This document shows positions 1-10,823 of a stretch of DNA of 64,000 nucleotides, in pieces (position 1 is the first letter of the stretch; each line of letters begins with the position of its first letter). Position numbers and translations under genes: made by a program. This DNA is from Octopus vulgaris (taxonomy: Eukaryota): assembly GCA_951406725.2 (NCBI GenBank), contig OX597821.1:76508001-76572000 (forward strand). The letters run 5' to 3'. The notes under the pieces were generated by a model. It saw nothing but the letters and a program-made list of their open reading frames with translations. It was not told the origin of the DNA and did no database searches.

Positions 1-3000
1 TGACGAATGACAGTGACCTTCTCTTTGTGGCTGGCGACTTCAATGGACATGTTGGACAACATGTCGGGGGCTTCCATGGCATACATGGAGGCTATGGTTT
101 TGACTCTAGCAATGAGGAGGGAACTAGGCTGCTGGAGTTCTGTGACACAAATGATCTTATGGTTTGCAATACTAACTTCAGGAAACCTGCCAGTCACCTA
201 GTCACCTACCGCTCTGGCAGATACACTAGTCAGATCGACTACATCCTCTCCAGAAAAAGGGAAAGATAGCTGCTTATAAATGCCAAAACCTTCCCAGGCG
301 AAGAATGTACCCCACAACATAGACTAGTAGTTAGTGACTTCAGGATCAGGGCTTAATGGATGCCCAGAAGACGACCAACAAGAAGAAGGGTCTGGAAACT
401 TAAAGATCCTGCAAATGGGCAGAGATTTAGAGACATATTACTCGAAGCCTTTGACGAAATAGAAGGGGATATAGCTTCACATGATATAGAAGACAACTGG
501 AGGTTCCTACAGGACAACCTGCTAAGGGCCACCGACCAGATCTGTGGATGGTGCAAAGTCCCCTCCCGACCCAAAATAACGTGGTGGTGGAGCAATGTTG
601 TTGACAGGGCTATTAGACAAAAGAAACAGGCTTGGAAGAACAGTGGTAGCAGGGAAGTGTATCAGACTGCCAGGAGGGAAGCTAGGAGGCAGGTTTATTT
701 AGCTTGAGGGGAAGCAGATAAGAAAAAAATTGCCAATGTTCTGCGCCGTGAGGATGAAAGACTTGAGGTATTTCGTGTTGCAAGACAGTGTGTGAGAGAG
801 AATCGTGATGTGGTAAGTGAGAAATGTGTTCGCATGGATGATGGTTCATTTGCGCTGAATGAGCATGCAAAGAGAGAGGTTTGGAGACACCATTATGAAA
901 GGTTGCTGGATAAGGAAAATAAATGGGATAAAGAGAGTTTTCCAAATGTCGACCCAACAGAGGGACCAACTATCCGAGTTGACAGTTCCTTAGTAGTTAA
1001 GGCAATTAGAAGCATGAAGACAGGGAAAGCCCCAGGCCCATCAGGAATTACTGCAGAGATGCTTAAAATATCAGGCAGTGTCGGCTATAACCTAGTCACC
1101 CATATAGTTAACCAGGTGATACACGAAGGAGTCATACCCGATGACTGGTGTAGCAGTATAATAGTCAACTGCTACAAAGGTAAAGGTGACGCTTTGGATA
1201 CAAATAATAACAGAGGTATCAAGCAGTTGGATCAGGTAATGAAGGTTACGGAGAGGGTCATAGCCCAACTGATTAGGGAGAGAGTCAGCTTGGATGAGAT
1301 GCAGTTTGATTTCATGCCAGGGAAAAGCACCACTGATGCCATATTTCTGGTAAGGCAGCTGCAGGAGAAATACCTAGCCAAAGATAAGCCCCTGTACCTG
1401 GCTTTCGTTGACATGGAGAAAGCCTTTGACAGGGTCTCCCGATCCCTTATCTGGTGGTCAATGAGGAAACTAGGGATAGATGAATGGTTAGTGAGAGCTG
1501 TGCAAGCCATTTACAGGGACGCTGTAAGTAAGGTGGGGGTTGGCAACGAGTACACTGAAGAATTCAGGGTAGGCGTAGGGGTCCACCAAGGTTCAGTCCT
1601 CAGCCCCCTCCTATTTATCATAGTCATCCAGGCAATAACGGAGGAATTCAAGACAGGAAACCCCTGGGAGTTCCTATATGCTGATGACCTTGCTCTAATT
1701 GCTGAGTCACTATCAGAACTAGAGACAAAGTTTCAAGTATGGAGACAAGGATTAGAATCGAAGGGCCTTAGAGTCAACCTAGCTAAAACCAAAGTCCTAA
1801 TATGTAGGAAGGCAGGCAAACCACAAATCCCTTCAGGTAGATGGCCCTGCTCAATCTGTAGTAGAGGCATAGGTAGAAACTCTATAATATGTACCCATTG
1901 TAAGCTCTGGACACCATAAGAGGTGCAGCAATATCAAAGGGAGGCTAACTGGGAAGATAGTTTTTTTATGTGGCAGATGCTCGGGAGCAATAAACACTGA
2001 AAATGGACAGAGAACAACTTCCGCCTCATTCCAGGGAGAAAAACTAGAAGTAGTTGATAGCTTCCGTTACCTAGGGGACCAAGTCAGTAGCAGGGATGGG
2101 TGTGCTGAAAGTGTAGCTGCTAGAATAAGAATAGCTTGGGCAAAGTTCAGAGAGCTCTTACCTCTGCTGGTGACAAAGGGCCTCTCACTCAGAGTAAAAG
2201 GCAGACTGTATGACGCTTGTGTATGAACAGCCATGCTACATGGCAGTGAAACATGGGCCGTGACTGCTGAGGATATGCGTAAGCTCGCAAGGAATGAAGC
2301 CAGTATGATCCGATGGATGTGTAATGTCATTGTGCATACTCGACTGAGTGTAAGTACCTTGAGAGAAAAGTTGGACCTAAGAAGCATCAGATGTGGTGTG
2401 CAAGAGAGACGACTGTGGCGAGAATGGATGAGGACAGCTGTGTGAAAAAGTGCCACACCCTAGCGGTTGAGGGAACCTGTGGAAGAAATAGACCCAGGAA
2501 AACCTGAGATGAAGTGTTGAAGCACGACCATCGAACTTTAGACCTCACCAAGGAAATGACTAGTGACCGAGACCTTTGGAAATAAGCCGTGCATGAGAAG
2601 ACCCGGCATGCCAAATGAAACCATAATCTCATGGCCTATACCAGGGGTGTAACCAGCCCACTTGTACGTAACCTTTTCCTTCTTTGGTCACTAAAACTCT
2701 GCTTGTGAAGACCTGCTGAGGCAAGTGAAATCAAATCAAATCAATCAAAAGCAAAATCAAAATCAAGTTCGATGACTGGCGTCTGTGCTGGCAGGGTGCA
2801 AAGAGCACCATACGAGCATGATCATTGACAGAGCGGCTAACCAGCTTCCATTACAGTGGCATTTAAAGGGCACTATTCGAGTGTGATTGTTACCAGCGTC
2901 GCCTTACTGACCCTTGTTCCCGTGCTAGTAGGGTGCCAAGAGCACCATCTCAGTGTGATCGTTGCCAGACCAGCCAACTGGCTTCCGTGCCAGTGGCAAG

Positions 3001-3300
3001 TAAAAGGGAACCATTCGAGCGTGATCGTTCCAAAGTCGCCTTACTGGCACCTGTGCTGGTGGCATGTGCAAAAGGATTTGAGCGAGGTTGTTGCCAGTAC
3101 CGCCAGACTGGCCTCCGTGCCGGTGGCACGTAAAAAGCACCCACTACACTCTCAGAGTGGTTGGCATTAGGGAGGGCATCCAGCTGTAGAAACTCTGCCA
3201 AATCAAGATTGGAGACTGGTGCAACCATCTGATTCGTTAGCCTTCAGTCAAAATCGACCAACCCATGCTAGCATGGAAAGCGGACGTTAAACAATGATGA
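1..3300 (+). mobile_element. Degraded RTE-clade LINE (APE endonuclease + RT + PHD-like Cys/His finger, repetitive 3' UTR), 5' end outside the window
   Basis: GDFNGHVG and SQIDYIL endonuclease motifs (27-269). RT motifs KAPGPSG, AFVDMEKAFDRV, GVHQGSVLSP and YADD (792-1919). C-terminal LHGSETW. Stops at 267, 355, 705 and 2224 and a frameshift near 1915. Ends in an ATGATGA tail near 3295. Confidence 0.93.
2780..3140 (+). repeat. About five diverged ~70-bp tandem units in the RTE 3' UTR
   Basis: Recurring gagcaccat/cgagcgtgatcgttgccag/actggcttccgtgccggtggca-like motifs. Confidence 0.75.
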
Positions 3301-3556
3301 TTGTTTTGAATAGACATTGCAATACGTTTACCCCACTCATTGTGAACTCGTAATAGCACATCTGGTGATGCGTGTGCAAAGGAGTTGGTGATGCGTTTCT
3401 TCAAATGATTTATGTCTTTTATCTTTCTGCGATACACCATGCCTTTCAAATGCTCCAAAAGATAGAAATCAAGAGGGATCAGATCAGGGGATCTAATAAA
3501 CTGTCTCCTATAAAAAAAAAAAAATTTTATGTATGGAGACTTTTGAATCACCGTGT
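3301..3556 (-). mobile_element. Tc1/mariner-superfamily transposase C-terminal fragment, abutting the RTE 3' end
   Basis: SPDLIPLDFYLLEHLKGMVY motif in ORF 3237-3551. TIR-like end gagacttttgaatcaccgtg followed by TA at about 3535-3556. Confidence 0.75.
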
Positions 3557-3819
3557 AGTGTCACATGACAAAACCACTTTGTTTTCTGTCATTTAACAAC
3601 TGACGGAAAAGTTTCATGTTCGTAGTCTTTATGACAATTTTCTTCATAAAGTCTTTACATTAAAGTATCTATTGTCTTCTTTTTACTTTCACCCCTTAAC
3701 ATCCATCATTCGCTTCCGGGTACTTTGAAGTTGCTACTGTAGTTCTGTTGTTCTCTTTAGTGATATTTTTATTTTCTGAAACAGATCAAATGTTTCCCTG
3801 TCATAACTTGTGTTAAATT

Positions 3820-4207
3820 ATTCTTTTCTACTCTAGGCACAAGGCTTGAAATTTGTGGGGAGGGGGCCAGTCGATTAGATCGACCCCAGTATGCAATTGG
3901 TACTTAATTTATCAACCCCACAAAAGATGAAAGGCAAAGTCGACCTCAGCAGAATTTGAACTCAGAACATAAAGACGACAAAATACTGCTAAGCATTTCG
4001 CTCACCGCCTTTGTAGCTAAATATTCTTTTCTACTCTGGGCACAAGGCCTGAAATGTGTGGGGAGGGAGCCAGTCGATTAGATCGACCCCAAAAGATGAA
4101 AGGCAAAGTTGACCTCGGCAGAATTTGAACTGAGAACGTAAAGACAGACGAATTACTGCTAAGCATTTCACCTGGCCTGCTAACGTTTCTACAAGCTCCA
4201 CCACCTT
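3820..4207 (-). mobile_element. Two adjacent copies of tRNA-derived SINE family A
   Basis: gtcgacctc(g/a)gcagaatttgaact core (B-box gagttcaaattc on the minus strand), matching many other copies in the window. Confidence 0.8.
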
Positions 4208-4838
4208 CATGTGTTAAATTATTGTTAGACCTTAGTGTAAACCTGAACAGATTTATGATAAAATGGCAATCCAGTCATGACCAGCCCAACATTCTAAGTG
4301 CATGTAAGACTACATTATCCAATGTATCCTTCCCTTTCTTAAAAGTGATGTAAAAGGGCTACTATTTCTGACAAGTGAAGCAACCACATAGAGGCTTAGT
4401 TTAGTTATAAGATATCAGTTTTCATATATTTTATTAAAATGCAAAGCTTCGTTCTGTTGCCTCTAGCAACTGGTATTCATAAAATTAATTTGAGTTTCCA
4501 TAACATTTGTGTAACACCTCTGGAAACTCAAATTTTAGCTTTGAACTAATCAATAAATAAACTCTGTCATTCTGTGTGTGTGTGTGTGTGTTTAAGTATT
4601 CGTCTGTGTGAGTAAGTAATGCATGCGTGTGTTTTGAGCTTTGTTTGTACAACCAAGTAATTTACAGACAACATGTAATGGAAGATATTGTTTATGTTTT
4701 ATCATTGGCTGATATGAATTTGGCAAACATTATAGAAAATACAGTACTATATTTAAGAGATGAGGAATTATGTACATTATTTACATTCTTTACATTTGAC
4801 GGATATTTGTCCTCATCTTGTTTGTTGTGTTTGTTGTC

Positions 4839-4884
4839 AACACAATGTTTTAGCTGATATACCCTCCAGCCTTCATCAGGTGTC
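4839..4884 (-). ncRNA. Degenerate minimal type-I hammerhead motif in the SINE-D tail
   Basis: Minus strand reads gacac-CTGATGA-a-ggctg(gagggtatat)cagct-aaaac-att-gtgtt. Stem I gacac/gtgtt. Departures from GAAAC-GTT look like CpG decay. Confidence 0.55.
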
Positions 4885-5099
4885 TTGGGGAAATTTCGAA
4901 CCTGGGTTCTCATTCCTAAGGTATTTTTCCATGTTGTTATCATTATTATTATTACTATTATTTTTTTTTCCTTCTTTCTTCAAATTTTCTTCCATTTCAC
5001 GCCAAGTGTTTTCCGTACACCTAGGGCAGAGAAGCTTATTGTATGCATTCCCAGATTACACATGCAAATTCACAGGTAAAATATGTATTTTAAAATTTT

Positions 5100-5620
5100 A
5101 ATAAATAAATAAATTCATGAATGGCTGTTATTTTCACAGCGATAATGCTCTTCTCAGTACATGAGTCGTTCCAGTTAACACGATTTTTTGCACCTCCTGT
5201 AGGGATGGTAAGCATGGTATCGTTTTCAAATAGGTTTCAGTACCTTTTTTATTCCTAGAGATCCTACAATCACTGGTACTGTAGTCGCCTTGAGATGCCA
5301 CGTTTTCTCAATTTCTATTAGCAAGTCTTTATATTTACTGATCTTGTCAAATTCTTTCACCGCTATACTGTGATCGCAAGGAATATTCATGCCAATTAAT
5401 AAACACACCTTTTTTGTCTAATCTTTTATAATAATATCCAGTTTATTAGCTTTTATAGTTTTGTTGGTCTGCACGGGGAAGTCCCAGAGAATCGACGCAT
5501 TTTCTGCCTCAGTCACAGCTTCAGGATGGTGTTTATACCATTTGTCAGCGGTTTTGATTTTATAATGCTGACATATTGTCTAGTGTAAATATTGGCCGAC
5601 TCTACCATATCTTGCTTTAT
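5100..5620 (-). mobile_element. 3' fragment of a restriction-like-endonuclease (R4/Dong-like) non-LTR retrotransposon
   Basis: CLLIGMNIPCDHSIAVKEFDKISKYKDLLIEIEKTWHLKATTVPVIVGSLG, typical of the RLE C-terminus. Flanked by TAA repeats. Confidence 0.75.
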
Positions 5621-5625
5621 ATTAA

Positions 5626-5678
<53 letters not shown>

Positions 5679-5921
5679 TCACTGCCTGGAATTGGACTCG
5701 GAATCTTGGGGTTTGTAGTCCATGCTCTTAACCACTCTTAGAAGTAGGAGACAACAGAGGACCAAGATATGCAGCACATTGCTGTATCTGAGAAGACTCA
5801 CCCACCACAATAGAACTGAGCACCCAGTACATTCTGTGGAGTGGTTGGTGATAGGAAAGGCATCCAGTTGTCGAAATCAAGCCAAAACAGACTATGGAAC
5901 CTAGTACAGCCTCTGAACCAC

Positions 5922-6165
5922 AGGCATATGGCAGAGTAGTTAAGAGCGTGGGCTGCTAACCCCAAGATTCCGAGTTCGATTCCTGGCAGTGACCTGACCT
6001 GAATAAAAATAATAATAATAATAATAATAATAACATCAAAAAACACCTTAGGAATGAGAACCCAGGTTCGAAATTTCCTCAAGATACCTGATGAAGGCCG
6101 GAGGGTATATCAGCTGAAGCGTGTTAACAACAAACAAGATAAGGACAAATATCCATTGAATGTAA
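5922..6165 (+). mobile_element. tRNA-headed SINE (family D) with an (AAT)n linker and a hammerhead-like tail
   Basis: A-box tggcagagtagttaag, B-box gagttcgattcc, (aat)n at about 6008-6033, CTGATGA core at 6088-6094. Confidence 0.75.
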
Positions 6166-6169
6166 AAAA

Positions 6170-6332
6170 TGGCACAGGATTGGTGTTGTAAATAGCTTGC
6201 TTACCAACCACATGGTTCCAGGTTCACTCCCACTGCATGGTACTTTAGGCAAGTGTCTTCTACTATAGCCTTGGCCCGACCAAAGCCCTGTGAGTGGATT
6301 TGGTAGATGGAAACTGAAAGAAACCCATCGTG

Positions 6333-6363
<31 letters not shown>

Positions 6364-6535
6364 ATATGTTTGTGTGTTTATGTTTGTCCCCCCCACCAAC
6401 ATCACTTGACAACCGATGGTGGTGTATTTACGTCCCCATAACTTAGTGGTTCAGCAAAAGAGACCGATAGAATAAGTACTAGGCTTACAAAGAATAAGTC
6501 CTGGGGTCGATTTGCTTGACTAAAGACAGTGCCTT
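6170..6535 (+). mobile_element. SINE family B with an internal (TA)/(TG) microsatellite
   Basis: Matches the full copy at 62971-63376. Other copies at about 20435-21010, 27245-27540, 58900-59065, 59680-59880, 60578-61030 and 63735-64000. Confidence 0.8.
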
Positions 6536-7014
6536 TTTACATGGCACCTTGGTTTTAGGTCTCAGTTCTGTTGTGGTCGGTGAGTCTTCTCAGATACAGC
6601 AATGTGCCGCATATCTTGGTCCTCTATTGTCCTCTACCTCTAATAAACTGAACCTGCCATCTTTCATTATTCCAGACAGAGGAGACACTTGAAACAGCAC
6701 TTTGAACATGCCCTACTAAACACTGCTTGTCACAGCTGACTTGTTTGCAGAGTGCAGTTGAGACATGGAGATTAATCTATCAACAATGATCAGTGGTGAA
6801 CTATATTTGTATACACACACACATAATACAAATTACTGAAGCATATATGTCCTTACAAGCACACACACACATGCATATGTGCAGAGTCAGTTAAGAGTCT
6901 GTAAGTTAGAGTAAAAAAAAATCACCCTCAGTTTGAAAAATAGAGCAGTTATATAATGTTTGACTGCATAAATAAATAAATAAGTATATATATATATATA
7001 TGTGTGTGTGTGTA

Positions 7015-7405
7015 TACAGTAAAACCTCTCAGTACGAGTGCGCTATTGTATGAGTAATTTGCTATACGAGCTGAGTCTCATGCAAATTTTTGTCTTGAAA
7101 TACAAGCGGAAATCTACAGTACAAGCGCACAAATTGTCCCATCTTTAAGGTAATTCAGTTAATAAAACGAGTTTACATATTTCTTTTGCATTCTCTTTTT
7201 TATAATTGTCATTTTACTTGTAACTATACTTTTTTCCGTTTTAAAATCTATAAAAAATTATTTTTGAGTGGTTTTGTGGGGCTAGAACGGATTAATTTTA
7301 TTTTAGTTAATTTCAATGGGGGAAAATTGATTTGTAAAACGAGTAAATCGTAAGACGAGCTCGGTCATGAAACAAATTGAACTCGTACTGCAAGGTATCA
7401 CGGTA
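7015..7405. mobile_element. Pogo/Tigger-like MITE
   Basis: Imperfect TIRs TA-cagtaaaacctctcagtacgagt ... actcgtactgcaaggtatcacgg-TA. Confidence 0.65.
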
Positions 7406-8258
7406 TATAACTTATGGAGGCAGCAAATAAGCATGAAATTGCATAGAGAGATAGAGAAGAAGGAAATGAAAATAGAAAGAGGAGGAAGGGAAGCTTAACA
7501 TTATCAAACAGGTACCTTCACAGGGTACCGATTTTCAACTATATTCAATGATATATTTTGAATTATATTCTTGCTAAACATACCTGGAAGTTTTAAAATC
7601 TTGTTGTTTCCCATCACATCTCTCAGTTGCTTGGTTTATCAATAGCATCTCATCTCACCTTTGCTTGTCTTCACTAAACTCCACTACTGCAAACATTCAT
7701 GCCAGGTTTCCAGTCTATAACCAACTTCCTCTTTTCTTTGACCTGTCTCAGACTTCTTGAAAACAGTCACAGGTAATGCCATTCTTTCGATGACTAATCT
7801 ATGAAAATAACTAATTTAGTTTAGAGAATGTGTTGCGAATGCTATGCGCAATTATACAGAGATAATTTATCCTGTAAACAATAGTCATATCTACTTTCCA
7901 TCTTCCCTGTGTAATAAACTACCCTCTTTCAATCAGTTGTACTCCTTTCCTTTAGGGAAACAAATAGAACCTCCTTCCAAAGATGGAAATTTTTATAATA
8001 ATTAATTGACAGTCGAGCTCCCCAAAATAAAGCTATGCTCTCAAAGACCAAAGTGGTTTCCCAGTGATTTATTGACGTCACTAAAGCTCATCAGAAGGTA
8101 TATTGTTATCATTAATATCATAATATAACGTCCGTCTTTATGCTAGTATGGGTTCGGTAGTGGTTTGACAGGAGCTGACAAGCTAGAGGACTGCGTCAAG
8201 CTCCACTGTCCACTTTGGCATGGTTTTCATGACAGGACACCCTTCCTAATACTTCGAA

Positions 8259-8673
8259 GGCGGCGAGCTGGCAGAAACGTTAAGCATTCCGGGCGAAATG
8301 CGTAGCCGTATTTCGTCTGCCGTTACGTTCTGAGTTCAAATTCCGCTGAGGTCGACTTTGCCTTTCATCCTTTCGGGTTCGATAAATTAAGTACCAGTTA
8401 CGCACTGGGGTCGATGTAATCGACTTAATCCGTTTGTCTGTCCTTGTTTGTCCCCTCTGTATTTAGCCCCTTGTGGGCAATAAAGAAATAGGTATTTCGT
8501 CTGCCGCTACGTTCTGAGTTTAAATTCCGCCGAGGTCGACTTTGCCTTTCATCCTTTCGGGGTCGATTAAATAAGTAGCAGTTACGCACTGGGGTCGATG
8601 TAATCGACTTAACCATTTTGTCTGTCCTTGTTTGTCCCCTCTGTGTTTAGCGCCTTGTGGGCAATAAAGAAAT
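8259..8673 (+). mobile_element. SINE family A dimer (one head, body repeated at 184 bp)
   Basis: ggcggcgagctggcag head. tatttcgtctgcc starts at 8309 and again at 8493. Confidence 0.85.
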
Positions 8674-9644
8674 AAGAGTGGACTGCCTAAAAGATAGAAG
8701 GCATAGTTATTAAGTAAGAAGTCATTGTATAATTACTCTACACTTATCAAATATAATATCACCATAAGTGTGCGTCTCTCTGACAAGTTGTTACTTTCAA
8801 AATCATTTTTGAAAGAAACCGTCTCCTGTTGAAGATGATAGCTGAGATTCAAGTATTACGCTGTCTTTGAAATTTCAAAATACAAAATGTTTTTCAAAAT
8901 TATAAAACATTTCTTTAAAATTCTAATAATGATATCATTTAAAAAGTTACTAAAATTCCTACCCAGATCATTCTAAATGCATACTTTAAGCTTGGGTTAA
9001 TGTTGAACGCTAATAAAGTGATGTGGCTAAAACGTTAATTCTGCGCAACGTGCCGTGGTAAATTGGTGAAGGGAAATAATTACAATAAAGAGTTGCCTCC
9101 CTTGAATATTCAGGCCGCTTCGTCATTTTGTGCTGAGTTGTGAAATGAAATGAAAGTTTTGTAGTTTATACTCGAAATAAATAACTATTTCGTTATAAAT
9201 TCTACCTAGTAACACATTAAGTTAATGCCTCACATAGAGGAGGCCTTTATGGATTGAAAATGGGGCAGAAATATCGCCATGTTTAATAAAATTAGTTTTA
9301 AACTCGCTCCACTCCATGGCAGAGAAATAAGAATTATATGGACACGGCTTTCACTGTTTTGTCTTCTCGTTAACAAAGAGTTGTGGAGTGAAATAAGTTC
9401 ACTAATTAGAGGTGGCAGCTGGTATTTGACTATTTGAGAACCTCTACATTCGTTCATCACTGAGTAAAACCTAATTTAGCAACTCCTTCGTAACTGACAC
9501 AATTCAGCAAATACTATTTGTGCCTACATGTCACAAACCAAGGCTCTACAGTCACTTGGTATGAGAGAGAGAGCAAGAAAATCTGTGATATATATGTGTG
9601 TGTGTGTGTGTACTTTATAAATAAAGCTGCAAAGATATCGCAAA

Positions 9645-9686
9645 AATTGTTACTCAGAGTTTCACGTTCTCGTTCGTCGGACAGAA
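9645..9686 (-). ncRNA. Hammerhead family 1, antisense partner copy
   Basis: Minus strand reads ttctgt-CCGACGA-acg(agaa)cgt-GAAAC-tctga-GTA-acaatt. Confidence 0.65.
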
Positions 9687-9690
9687 CCAA

Positions 9691-9732
9691 AACTGTCTGA
9701 CGAACGGGAACGTGAAATTCTGAGTAATAGCT
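9691..9732 (+). ncRNA. Minimal type-I hammerhead ribozyme (family 1)
   Basis: aactgt-CTGACGA-acg(ggaa)cgt-GAAAT-tctga-GTA-atagct. Stems I, II and III can form. Predicted cleavage after 9726. Confidence 0.75.
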
Positions 9733-10019
9733 TTTGTGACGTTTTTGCAGCTTTATTAATGAAGCGTATTACTCTGTCTCCGGTATTCGAGTACTTTTCC
9801 CCCACTTTCTTTCACATTTATGTGCTTACTCTGTTATAGCTATATATGCATACATGAGGGCTGTGACTCAGTTTGAGTAATGCCGTCCCTTGAATGTTCT
9901 CATAAACATGAGCAGCAGAGATGTCGCTCTTCTGTCTTGCGGTGTTACAATGTTGTTTTAATTAACTTTCATAACCCTAACTCTAACCCAAAAGGACTTC
10001 ACTGCTTTCGCTCACCACC

Positions 10020-10640
10020 AACATGCTATTTTTTAAATGTCAATTATGTCACATTTCTAAGGAGGACATTACACACGTTATCAGCGACTGCCTAAAACTG
10101 ACATCAATGAACTACCTGTCATCACAACAAAATATTATTGCTAAAACAATATACAGTTGCATCTATAGGACACACTGCTCTGGGATAAATATCTACAGCT
10201 ACAGTATCTCTGTTGTTTAATGCATAGGTATCAACATAAGGAACTTATGTATCGGCACGAAGAATACTAAGGGAACGTCCTCTTCAAAATTGCTGCCAAG
10301 TGCAACTGTGATGCCTCCAATGGTTATTTGGGACAGAAAAGAAACAGTATCTGCCAACAAAGAGATCAGCTGCCCTGCAGATATAAAAACATCTCAAAAA
10401 CCAGAACGGCAGAGAATATTTATGGAGAACTGCTTCAAAACCTGCAACTTTTCTACTCCAATCCTCAATTCTCATTTGAACCAGTGGGTTTCGTTATGTT
10501 AGTAAAATGTGTAAGTGACATTTTGCAAAAGCTAAGATTCTCAGATAACCGAATAAGTCTGATTCACAGGCACTTTACAAAGTCAACCCATAAGTGGAAC
10601 AGTAAAATGTACGACACGTTTCTTAAGATGAACAAGTAAC
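10020..10640 (+). mobile_element. Degraded RLE-type non-LTR retrotransposon 3' fragment
   Basis: CQLCHISKEDITHVISDC (CCHC knuckle), then ENIYGELLQNLQLFYSNPQFSFEPV. Confidence 0.65.
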
Positions 10641-10762
10641 ACTTGTTGTTATCCACATTCATGCAGCTCCTTCTTTTCAAGAAGAAGAGTTCTTATAATT
10701 AAAAAGAAACCACATATATATATATATATATATATATCCCTCTATACACAATCATACAAACC

Positions 10763-10823
<61 letters not shown>

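Larger units (their letters stand above)
4765..5737 (-). mobile_element. tRNA-headed SINE (family D) with an internal (TAA)n tract, split by an RLE-type LINE insertion
   Basis: Head at 5670-5737 and tail at 4765-4950 are reverse complements of the intact copy at 5922-6165. Confidence 0.75.
9613..9764. repeat. ~150-bp palindrome made of two back-to-back hammerhead motifs (Penelope-like terminal repeat)
   Basis: Arms ataaagctgcaaa...tcgtcggacag and ctgtctgacga...tttgcagctttat. A homologous structure lies at 61833-62010. Confidence 0.8.

Noticed and set aside
2780-3140. Regularly spaced repeats resembling a CRISPR array
   Set aside because: Eukaryotic context, no cas genes, and the units are diverged tandem repeats in a LINE 3' UTR with no unique spacers.
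5922-5995. tRNA gene
   Set aside because: A and B boxes are present, but the acceptor stem is poor and it continues into a repeated SINE body. The same applies at 61435.
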